Shown here: piece by piece, positions 48,356 through 55,982 of the stretch
Layout: the number at the start of each line of letters is the position of its first letter
How positions within the stretch are numbered: position 1 is the stretch's first letter
Virus record (IMG/VR): IMGVR_UViG_3300020185_000011
Source: a virus
Length of the DNA: 64,000 nucleotides
Strand: one strand, 5' to 3'
Made by a program: the position numbers and the translations under genes
The notes under the pieces: model-generated
The model's database searches: none
Seen by the model: only the letters and a program-made list of their open reading frames with translations
What the model was told of the DNA's origin: nothing

Positions 48356-48385
48356 ATGTATATAATGAAAAATCAAGGAGACACT

Positions 48386-48637
48386 ATGAACCAATCATTA
48401 AAAACTAAAATCACTTCATTGACCTCTATGGCAGAGTTGAATGAGGTTATCGCACTTTGTAATGAAGTGAAGAAACTGAATGCCAAGACCTCTTTGGTCG
48501 AAGGTGCAAAAGTCTATGTAGTCCAAAAGACTAAAAGGACTTTGGGGACTTTAATCAAAGTCAAGATTTCAAGGGCAACTGTAGAACTACCAAAAGGTAG
48601 ATATTCAGTTCCTTTATCAATGTTGGAGGCAGCGTAA
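48386..48637 (+). CDS. hypothetical early protein
   Basis: AAGGAG RBS. Confidence 0.7.
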   Translation: MNQSLKTKITSLTSMAELNEVIALCNEVKKLNAKTSLVEGAKVYVVQKTKRTLGTLIKVKISRATVELPKGRYSVPLSMLEAA

Positions 48638-49047
48638 TGAAATTATCAGAATTAGTCAACGAAGTGAATCAAGAACAAGAACTCTTAGAGTTGTGTGAGA
48701 CACTTTGTGAGCAATTAAATGCTGTACATCTTGAAGCATTCCCATCATTAGACTACTACAACTGGAGAGTTAATTCAGCGGGTAGGAAGTATATCAAGAT
48801 TATCTGCAACAGTGGTAATCAAGATTCTGTTTGGGGATTTGTCAACAAGAAAGAATTCACTAAAGTCAGAAAAATGGAAAGAGTGAATGGTATCGTTGAA
48901 AAGGAAGTCACGTTCAAAGTGGGTGACGTTCTTGCAGCTGCTGGATGGCAAACTCCAGCATTGAACAAAGCAAGAGGTAACCTCTTTATGGAAGGTGGAT
49001 ACCCAGTATCTAGAAGTAACCAACATGGGCCTCATTACTTAATATGA
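48637..49047 (+). CDS. conserved hypothetical early protein
   Basis: GRKYIKI..SVWGFV..GDVLAAAGWQTPA..ARGN. Confidence 0.7.
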   Translation: MKLSELVNEVNQEQELLELCETLCEQLNAVHLEAFPSLDYYNWRVNSAGRKYIKIICNSGNQDSVWGFVNKKEFTKVRKMERVNGIVEKEVTFKVGDVLAAAGWQTPALNKARGNLFMEGGYPVSRSNQHGPHYLI

Positions 49048-49316
49048 AAAATTCAAAACAACTTAAGGACAGTGTAACTCCAAAGCATACCACGGATTGG
49101 TATGTTAAGTGGGTTGCATCTGTTTTTGTTCTAGCAGCGATGTCCCTTCGAGGTATCGATGGTATGGCACATTATGACTTAGGTCTTTCCATGATTGGAA
49201 TTGCACTTTGGTTATGGGTGTCATTCTTATGGAACGATAGAGCATTGATATTACTCAATGCAGTAGGACTGCTGTTTCTATTCAAGAATGCCTTGACAAT
49301 GGCTCTGGCTTTTTGA
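49044..49316 (+). CDS. small membrane protein (DUF6552-like)
   Basis: WYVKWVAS..WNDRALILLN. Confidence 0.7.
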   Translation: MKNSKQLKDSVTPKHTTDWYVKWVASVFVLAAMSLRGIDGMAHYDLGLSMIGIALWLWVSFLWNDRALILLNAVGLLFLFKNALTMALAF

Positions 49317-49322
49317 TATACT
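49293..49322 (+). promoter_or_regulatory. early promoter
   Basis: GCCTTGACA-18bp (GCTTTTTGA)-TATACT. Confidence 0.75.
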
Positions 49323-49354
49323 AACAGTATAGGAAATTAAATAGGAAAGTAAAT

Positions 49355-49885
49355 ATGTTAAATCTAATCATCCAAACCCAGTACAAAGAAAACTATGCAG
49401 CTCATGACGAGGGTTATGTGCATGGTGTCTCTGAACCGTACTGGAAGTTTAAGGGTGGTTCGTCCTATCTGATTACAGATATCGATTTCCTTAACACGGA
49501 ATATTTACAAGGTCTTGTAGACGAGACTGCATTCCTTCACACGCAGAAGAATGAGATGGCTGAGGCATACGTCCTCAATTGGGAACTCATTGATGAGAAG
49601 GATGTGTACAACCACATTGAGAAGTGGGAGTCACCTTACATTCTTGAGAAGAATGCCGAAGGTAATTGGACTTGCAAGAAGGTCACTGAGAACGGTGACT
49701 ATGGTTACATGAAAAAAGAGATTTTATCAAGAGTCCAAGTTTGGACTTATGATGCAGATGCTACATGCACAACAGATGTGGCTACGTACCATGTTGAATA
49801 CATCATGGTAGATGGTACTACTCTTGAGAGTGAGAAAGCTCTCGGTGAGTGGTTAGAAAATAATTTAAAGAACGAGGTAGCGTAA
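49355..49885 (+). CDS. hypothetical early protein
   Basis: TQYKENYAAH..YWKFKGG. Confidence 0.7.
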   Translation: MLNLIIQTQYKENYAAHDEGYVHGVSEPYWKFKGGSSYLITDIDFLNTEYLQGLVDETAFLHTQKNEMAEAYVLNWELIDEKDVYNHIEKWESPYILEKNAEGNWTCKKVTENGDYGYMKKEILSRVQVWTYDADATCTTDVATYHVEYIMVDGTTLESEKALGEWLENNLKNEVA

Positions 49886-50244
49886 TGATTATAAAAGAAT
49901 ATGAAGTAGATGATACAGGTGTTGGTGGCACCTCTCTCAAAGGATACTTAACAACCACCTATGATACCCTTGTAAGTCTTTTAGGAAAACCGACTTACAT
50001 GGATGCAGACCCATATGCAAAAGTTAATTGTGAATGGTGTCTAACTGTGAAGTACTTTGAAGAAGAAGGTATGGAAGAGTATGATTATGACCGTGAAGCG
50101 GTTACAATCTATAACTGGAAGGATGGACACGTCCCTCTTAATGAGTATTCATGGCACGTGGGTGGTAAATCCTACAATGCTACGGAACTCGCACAAATGA
50201 TTGTAGAGGGTAATATTAAACCCGACTACAATGCAAATTCTTAG
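49885..50244 (+). CDS. hypothetical early protein
   Basis: GTSLKGY..TIYNWK..WHVGG. Confidence 0.7.
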   Translation: MIIKEYEVDDTGVGGTSLKGYLTTTYDTLVSLLGKPTYMDADPYAKVNCEWCLTVKYFEEEGMEEYDYDREAVTIYNWKDGHVPLNEYSWHVGGKSYNATELAQMIVEGNIKPDYNANS

Positions 50245-50253
50245 GAGAATGAT

Positions 50254-50460
50254 ATGAGTTTAGATTACGAAAGTGCAAAACTAATTGCATCGTGTACAGA
50301 AGGTAAATTGACAGCCGACGATGTCATGAATCTAGCAACGTATGGTACTACCAACGCTGCTGACATGAATCCATTCCAAACGGAATTGGATTTCACAGGG
50401 TGTCCATGTGGGGTATTGAATTGTCCCGATGAGTATGCCCATACAACGAGTGGGTTTTAA
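50254..50460 (+). CDS. hypothetical protein
   Basis: AGGAG RBS; CPCG..CPDEYAH. Confidence 0.6.
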   Translation: MSLDYESAKLIASCTEGKLTADDVMNLATYGTTNAADMNPFQTELDFTGCPCGVLNCPDEYAHTTSGF

Positions 50461-50461
50461 T

Positions 50462-50629
50462 ATGGAAGCTGAAGTAGTTACAATTTCATGGATAGGTGGT
50501 TTCGTTCTATGCACCTTTATGATGGTGTTAACCTTTTTAGGGTTGCATATCAACAAACCGTTTCCATGGGAAACACGTAGACAGTTTGACAAGAATGATG
50601 TCAAATATAGAGATGGCGACAACACATGA
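50462..50629 (+). CDS. small membrane protein
   Basis: one TM helix. Confidence 0.55.
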   Translation: MEAEVVTISWIGGFVLCTFMMVLTFLGLHINKPFPWETRRQFDKNDVKYRDGDNT

Positions 50630-50871
50630 TTGTTGAAGAGAACACAATGTTAGAATTGAATGGTGTACAGATTGTACACCTCTTTCCTAACGGTTACGGT
50701 GCCAGTGTAGTCAAGCATGACATGTCATATGGCGGTAAACAAGGTTTATGGGAAATGGCGGTTCTCAAAAACGGTGAGTTGTGTTATAATACTAGTGTAA
50801 CTAGTGATGTCTTAGGACATTTATCAGACGAGGACGTTGAGTTCCATCTGAAGGAGATAGAAAACTTATGA
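50626..50871 (+). CDS. hypothetical protein
   Basis: FPNGYGASVV..SYGG..LWEMAV. Confidence 0.7.
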   Translation: MIVEENTMLELNGVQIVHLFPNGYGASVVKHDMSYGGKQGLWEMAVLKNGELCYNTSVTSDVLGHLSDEDVEFHLKEIENL

Positions 50872-51074
50872 GTAATTTTCATTTGAACCAAAATCAACTA
50901 ACATCGGCAGATTTGCCGTTCGAACCAGCAGAATGGTTTCCCGAATTAGACCTATTACAGGAAAGCGGTAAAATTAACATGTTTGAAGCCCCAAGATGGT
51001 TAAGGGAAAACTTCGGTTTTTCTAGAGAACAGGCAGAAATCGTTTTTAAGGCTTGGGTGGAGTATAAATCATGA
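50868..51074 (+). CDS. hypothetical protein
   Basis: LQESGKINMFEAP motif. Confidence 0.65.
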   Translation: MSNFHLNQNQLTSADLPFEPAEWFPELDLLQESGKINMFEAPRWLRENFGFSREQAEIVFKAWVEYKS

Positions 51075-51574
51075 AAATGAGATATTATTATTTGGTTGCT
51101 GGTGCAATTTTAGGTTTTTTGACTGGCACCCTCTCTCAGAAAGCTTATGCATTCGATGAAAATGGTGAAATTGTCTGTATGGCAAAAAATATTTACTTCG
51201 AAGCAGGTAATCAGCCGATTGCTGGTAAAATAGCGGTTGCACAAGTCGTGATGAATCGCGTTGCAGACCGAGATTATCCCGATACTATTTGTGGAGTCGT
51301 TTATCAAGCAAAGTGGAAGACTAATTGGAAGGGAAATCCAATGCCAGTTAGAAATATGTGCCAATTTTCGTGGTTTTGTGATGGCAAAGCAGATGTACCC
51401 GAAGATAGTCACACTTGGATGGTGTCATTACAGGTTGCACAGTCTTTGGCATTTGGTGAGTGGGCAGATATTACTGAAGGTGCCACACATTACCATAATG
51501 ACCAAGTATATCCTTATTGGGCAGACTCATTAAATGAGACTGTAGTCATTAACAATCACATATTTTACAAATGA
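51071..51574 (+). CDS. cell wall hydrolase (SleB/Hydrolase_2 family)
   Basis: NIYFEA, VAQVVMNRV, CQFSW, GATHYH, HIFY. Confidence 0.9.
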   Translation: MKMRYYYLVAGAILGFLTGTLSQKAYAFDENGEIVCMAKNIYFEAGNQPIAGKIAVAQVVMNRVADRDYPDTICGVVYQAKWKTNWKGNPMPVRNMCQFSWFCDGKADVPEDSHTWMVSLQVAQSLAFGEWADITEGATHYHNDQVYPYWADSLNETVVINNHIFYK

Positions 51575-52107
51575 ACATATTTTACTTACACGAAGAACCC
51601 GAAATTGCAGCTAAACTACATTGTGACAAACATGTAGTTAAGATGATTATCGAATATGCCCAACTCTTGTCAACTGCACATAGAATGCTAGATGGTAAAC
51701 ACTATATTGACGATTCGAGTGGACGTAGAATTCAAAGATGGAGACTTGAAGGTGAAATGGATAACTTATACAAGGCTTCACATGTCAATCACCCATCCAA
51801 TATATGGGTTCGAGAGAATGCAGTTCACTACCAATTTGTATATGACCTATTTGCAGCTTTATGTAAGGAGTACACCCATCGTTATGCCAAGGCCCATTTA
51901 ACGCAGGAAAAACTACTGGATTTACTAAACCAGTTACCAAACAATATTGACCTTTGTGCATGGAGAGAACCACCTCAATGTATGCCCGATGATGTCAAAA
52001 TGAAATCATCTATAGATGGTTACCATAAATACTACAACAAATACAAAAAAGATTTTGCAGTATGGACTGCAAGACCAACACCCGAGTTTATGTATGCCTC
52101 TATATGA
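51571..52107 (+). CDS. pyrimidine-dimer DNA glycosylase/endonuclease V-like protein
   Basis: MNIFYL..HCDKHVVKM..EYAQLL..HVNHPSNIW..PPQCMP. Confidence 0.8.
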   Translation: MNIFYLHEEPEIAAKLHCDKHVVKMIIEYAQLLSTAHRMLDGKHYIDDSSGRRIQRWRLEGEMDNLYKASHVNHPSNIWVRENAVHYQFVYDLFAALCKEYTHRYAKAHLTQEKLLDLLNQLPNNIDLCAWREPPQCMPDDVKMKSSIDGYHKYYNKYKKDFAVWTARPTPEFMYASI

Positions 52108-52402
52108 TTTTTTAAATAATGAAACTGGTGAGATTGAAGAGCATAATATGTCTTATACCAAACTCGACCAATTCAAAGAAGACAACCCACACCTCAAACA
52201 AGTTATACTTGGAACGCCAAGCATTGTTGGTGGTCATGGTGACAGGGTGAAACTTGATAATGGCTTCAAAGAAGTCCTCAATAAAATTTCTTCTGCAAAC
52301 CCAGGCTCACCTATGGACAGACATAGACAACGTGGAGTCAAAGAAGTTAAGACTAAAGAAATAGTTAAAAAGCATCTAGACATTCAATCAAGAAAGAAGT
52401 AG
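52094..52402 (+). CDS. FmdB-like regulatory protein (Cys-less variant)
   Basis: MPLYDF..ETGE; FKEVLNKI. Confidence 0.6.
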   Translation: MPLYDFLNNETGEIEEHNMSYTKLDQFKEDNPHLKQVILGTPSIVGGHGDRVKLDNGFKEVLNKISSANPGSPMDRHRQRGVKEVKTKEIVKKHLDIQSRKK

Positions 52403-52405
52403 AAT
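52377..52405 (+). promoter_or_regulatory. sigma70-type promoter
   Basis: TAGACA-17bp-TAGAAT, 6 nt before ATG. Confidence 0.5.
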
Positions 52406-52411
52406 AGACTT

Positions 52412-53077
52412 ATGGGTAATTTATTAGAGTTATGGGAATTAGAACACCTAGATTTACATACCGTTCAAAAGGATGGTAAGAGATTTTACACAAATGGTGA
52501 TGAAGACTTTCACTATCCAAGTGTAACAACGGTTGTCGGATTACTTAACCGAGACCATATTAGATTGTGGAGAGAACGAGTTGGTGAAGAAGAAGCCAAT
52601 CGTATCTCAACTGGTGCAGCCAAACGTGGTACATCATTCCACCAAGTAGTAGAAGACTACTTAAGACAAGAGAAGGAAATCACCTTCTCAGACATTATAG
52701 AAGAAAAAAGATTTAAAGGTGTCCAACCAGTACTAGATGAAATAGTACCGATTGCATTAGAGGCACCATTATTGTCTCGCAAATTAGAAATGGCTGGACG
52801 AGTAGATTGCATTGGTGTATTTGATGACATGCTATCTATAATAGATTTCAAGACTTCATCTTCCTACAAGGAAGAGTACATGGCAAAACCTTGGTTCTAT
52901 CAAATGACTGCATATGCAATCATGGTGGAAGAACTTACAGGAACACCAATCGAAGAGATTACTGCTATTGTGAGTTTAGAAAACGGTATGTTTCAAATCT
53001 TCTCAGCAAACCCTATGGACTATGTTGAAGATTTGTACAAATTGAGAAAACAGTATGGTAATCTACACGGAGTATAA
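52412..53077 (+). CDS. PD-(D/E)xK exonuclease
   Basis: YPSVTT, RGTSFH, AGRVDC, IDFKTS, QMTAY. Confidence 0.88.
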   Translation: MGNLLELWELEHLDLHTVQKDGKRFYTNGDEDFHYPSVTTVVGLLNRDHIRLWRERVGEEEANRISTGAAKRGTSFHQVVEDYLRQEKEITFSDIIEEKRFKGVQPVLDEIVPIALEAPLLSRKLEMAGRVDCIGVFDDMLSIIDFKTSSSYKEEYMAKPWFYQMTAYAIMVEELTGTPIEEITAIVSLENGMFQIFSANPMDYVEDLYKLRKQYGNLHGV

Positions 53078-53079
53078 AA

Positions 53080-53316
53080 TTGATAAGTAAAAAAGAATTT
53101 ACGGAACAAGTGGAAAAGTTATTGATAGGTGGTAAGACCGATGTTATGGGAGCAATCATAAAAGTTTGTGATGATAACAAAGTCGAACCCGAATCAGCGA
53201 AGAGGTTAATATCCCAACCTCTCAAAGAAAAGTTAGAAGCTGAAGCAACTAATTTGAAAATGATTAATAGGGGTTCATCATCACAAGGAACTATTGCTAG
53301 TTTCTTTAACAAGTAA
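53080..53316 (+). CDS. 33: late promoter transcription co-activator (T4 gp33)
   Basis: EPESAKRLISQPLKEKLEAEA; position before gp59/gp32. Confidence 0.85.
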   Translation: MISKKEFTEQVEKLLIGGKTDVMGAIIKVCDDNKVEPESAKRLISQPLKEKLEAEATNLKMINRGSSSQGTIASFFNK

Positions 53317-53323
53317 GGTAATT

Positions 53324-53632
53324 ATGAAAAAAGGTGATATCGTCACAGTAGTGGCAATCAGTGGGGAGTATGTAGGTGAGTATGACAGTCAACGTGATAC
53401 GTCTATTACATTAACCAACCCAAAAATGATAGTTCAAAATCCCGAAGGTGGAATGGGTTTTGCAAGAGGCGTAGCAGTAACAGGATGTCAGAATCCCGAG
53501 ACAATTACGTTTAACAACTATGTGTTTACAACAGAATCAAACGAAGGTGTTGCTGACGCATATGAAATTGCAACTGGAAAGAAAGAAGCTCCTAGAGTTG
53601 AAGTTCCAGCAGAGAAGAAGATTATTACTTAA
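53324..53632 (+). CDS. hypothetical protein, possibly Sm-like fold
   Basis: GDIVTV..SGEYVG..LTNP. Confidence 0.6.
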   Translation: MKKGDIVTVVAISGEYVGEYDSQRDTSITLTNPKMIVQNPEGGMGFARGVAVTGCQNPETITFNNYVFTTESNEGVADAYEIATGKKEAPRVEVPAEKKIIT

Positions 53633-54222
53633 TGACTTCTAGAGAAGGATATGATGCATACACTTTATACCTTGGGATAAAATTACATTTTCACTCCAAG
53701 GGATATGATTTCGTTAAGTATAACGGAAAGGTGAAGTCAGACATCAACTCTTTCTTAAAAAGAAAAGACAAATACCATTTTGGTAAGTTGTACAGAACGT
53801 ATAAAGAAGAACTGCAAGACTTCTACATTGCAAATCTATCACACAAAGATTTCTGGGCGGGTGACCTTCTAGATAAAGAATGTGATAAGAGATATAGAGA
53901 GTGGAAGAAGAGAAATCAGAAGCTTAGTTATATGTTCGAAACAGAAGTGAACGACTTGATACGAAAGTACAAGATTCAAACACAACTGAAAGTAGTTGAC
54001 GGTCAACACCCTAGACTACTTAAATCTTATATGAGTAAGGATGTAAGTTTAGAGACCATTTGTATCATGGATGAAATAATTGGTTTCACGAAGGACTGGG
54101 AAAGATTGATTTCGGAAAAAGTCGTCTACCCCGACTTACACATTAAGATAAACAAGTATAAGTCATTCATAAGTTATGACGTTAAGAAATACAGAGAGAA
54201 ACTCCTAGAGATATGCTCTTAA
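53632..54222 (+). CDS. 59: helicase loader (T4 gp59)
   Basis: YLGIKLHF..YDFVKYNG..KRKDKYHF..SLET. Confidence 0.9.
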   Translation: MTSREGYDAYTLYLGIKLHFHSKGYDFVKYNGKVKSDINSFLKRKDKYHFGKLYRTYKEELQDFYIANLSHKDFWAGDLLDKECDKRYREWKKRNQKLSYMFETEVNDLIRKYKIQTQLKVVDGQHPRLLKSYMSKDVSLETICIMDEIIGFTKDWERLISEKVVYPDLHIKINKYKSFISYDVKKYREKLLEICS

Positions 54223-54311
54223 GATATGTACCGATTGGCCACATAACATTATATGTATAAAAACATCAAGCTCAAGAATGACTAAATACACAGTACATTT
54301 CAAAAACCCTC

Positions 54312-54340
54312 TTGTAGGATTAGTAAGAGTGTACTATAAT
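54312..54340 (+). promoter_or_regulatory. sigma70-type promoter for gene 32
   Basis: TTGTAG-17bp-TATAAT. Confidence 0.55.
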
Positions 54341-54422
54341 AGGAGTATAAGAACTAAGGTTTTTATACATGATAAAATGCAATAAAATGCGATATAATTG
54401 TACGATAAAATAGGAGAATACA

Positions 54423-55322
54423 ATGTCAAGTAGTTTAGATAAACTAAGAGCTGCAATGGAATCAGCTTCCCCAACAGGCGGAGAAAAAAAATCCTACTCA
54501 GACGACACTATGTGGAAACCCGAACTCGATAAGAGTGGTAACGGTTACGCTGTAGTTCGTTTCTTACCCACCCCCGAGGGAGAAGAGATGCCATGGGTAT
54601 CATATTTCGACCACGGTTTCCAAGGGCCAGGTGGCTGGTATATTGAGAAGTCTTTAACGACTCTTAATAAACAAGACCCTGTATCAGAATACAATACTCA
54701 GTTATGGAATACTGGTGTTGAGGCAAACAAAGACCAAGCACGTAAACAGAAAAGACGTTTACACTATGTGTCTAACATCCTTGTTATCTCAGACCCTAAA
54801 AATCCTGCTAACGAAGGTAAAGTGTTCAAGTACCGTTTTGGTAAAAAAATCTTTGAAGCACTCAAGGAAGCAATCTCACCAGCATTTGAAGATGAGAAAG
54901 CAATCAATCCTTTTGACCTTAGAGAAGAAGGTGCAAACTTTAAGATTAAAATTAGAAAGGTAGATGGTTACTGGAACTATGACAAATCAGAGTTTGACAC
55001 ACAAGCACCTTTATTTGATGATGAGCAAAAGCTTGTAGATGTGGTAAACAACCTACATAGCTTAAGTGGAATTATTGCACCAAGTGAGTTTAAATCTTAC
55101 GAAGAGTTAAAAGAGAAACTCGATAGAGTTCTTGGATTAACAGGTGCAGTAACTAACTCTACAGCTGAGTCAGTTGCAGATGATTTGGAAGAACTTCCAT
55201 GGTCAGATGTTAACACGTCTCCAGTTGCAGAAGAACCTGTAGTTGCATCAGCAGAATCTACTCCTCAAGCAGAAGAAGATGATGCGATGGACTACTTTAA
55301 GAAACTGGCTGCTGATAGTTAG
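54423..55322 (+). CDS. 32: single-stranded DNA-binding protein (T4 gp32)
   Basis: WKPELDKSGNGYAVVRFLP, FGKKIF, NYDKSEF, acidic tail. Confidence 0.96.
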   Translation: MSSSLDKLRAAMESASPTGGEKKSYSDDTMWKPELDKSGNGYAVVRFLPTPEGEEMPWVSYFDHGFQGPGGWYIEKSLTTLNKQDPVSEYNTQLWNTGVEANKDQARKQKRRLHYVSNILVISDPKNPANEGKVFKYRFGKKIFEALKEAISPAFEDEKAINPFDLREEGANFKIKIRKVDGYWNYDKSEFDTQAPLFDDEQKLVDVVNNLHSLSGIIAPSEFKSYEELKEKLDRVLGLTGAVTNSTAESVADDLEELPWSDVNTSPVAEEPVVASAESTPQAEEDDAMDYFKKLAADS

Positions 55323-55340
55323 TAGTTAGATTTCTTATTT

Positions 55341-55507
55341 GGGGCAGTCGTGTATATTCAAAATGTGTCCTTGAAAAAAGACGACTGCATCACTGAGACC
55401 GTGGAAAAAGATTGGGGGTACTCAGTAAGGGAAAGGTCAATAGCATATAGCGGATTGGTCGGTGAAGAACGGGTTGCTGTAAGGCGTGGGGTGACTTCAC
55501 ATTTTTT
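55341..55507 (+). ncRNA. candidate structured RNA / leader of bS21
   Basis: stems GCAGTCGT/ACGACTGC, ACTGAG/CTCAGT, GGTCAAT/ATTGGTC, GTGAAG/CTTCAC then T tract. Confidence 0.4.
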
Positions 55508-55519
55508 AAGAGAAATATT

Positions 55520-55753
55520 ATGCCAAGTGTAACACCAAAAATAAATCCAAAGAATCGGAACGTAGAAGGGTTCGACCAACTACTTCGCAGATTTAAAAGG
55601 GATTGTGAAAGAGCTGGTATAGTTCAAGAGTGTAGGGATAGGAAGTATCATATCAAACCTAACACTATCAAAAACGAAAAGAACCAACAACTAAAAAGAC
55701 GTAAGAAACTAGATGCAAAAAGAGCATCAATGGGTAGACGAGGATTTAGGTGA
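55520..55753 (+). CDS. rpsU: 30S ribosomal protein bS21
   Basis: FDQLLRRFKR..AGIVQECRDRKYHIKP, basic C-terminus. Confidence 0.88.
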   Translation: MPSVTPKINPKNRNVEGFDQLLRRFKRDCERAGIVQECRDRKYHIKPNTIKNEKNQQLKRRKKLDAKRASMGRRGFR

Positions 55754-55757
55754 TATC

Positions 55758-55982
55758 ATGTCTTCCAAACAATGGCACGGTGGCAAAGGTTCACAACGTA
55801 GGAATTCAGACGAATCAGCATATGCTGACAACTGGGATAAAATCTTCGGTAAGAAGAAACCAGTAGTTAAGGTTCGTAAGGAAACACCATCACACGGACG
55901 TACTCAAGTCCAAAGAGATAAAACCAAATACAATCGAAAGGTAACTAAGGCAGATATCCTTAGAGGCCCAGACTTAATCTAA
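55758..55982 (+). CDS. small basic hypothetical protein
   Basis: WHGGKGS..YADNWDKIFG. Confidence 0.65.
   Translation: MSSKQWHGGKGSQRRNSDESAYADNWDKIFGKKKPVVKVRKETPSHGRTQVQRDKTKYNRKVTKADILRGPDLI

Noticed and set aside
55350-55532. 60-aa GTG-start ORF between gp32 and bS21
   Set aside because: No RBS and atypical composition; better explained as structured RNA.
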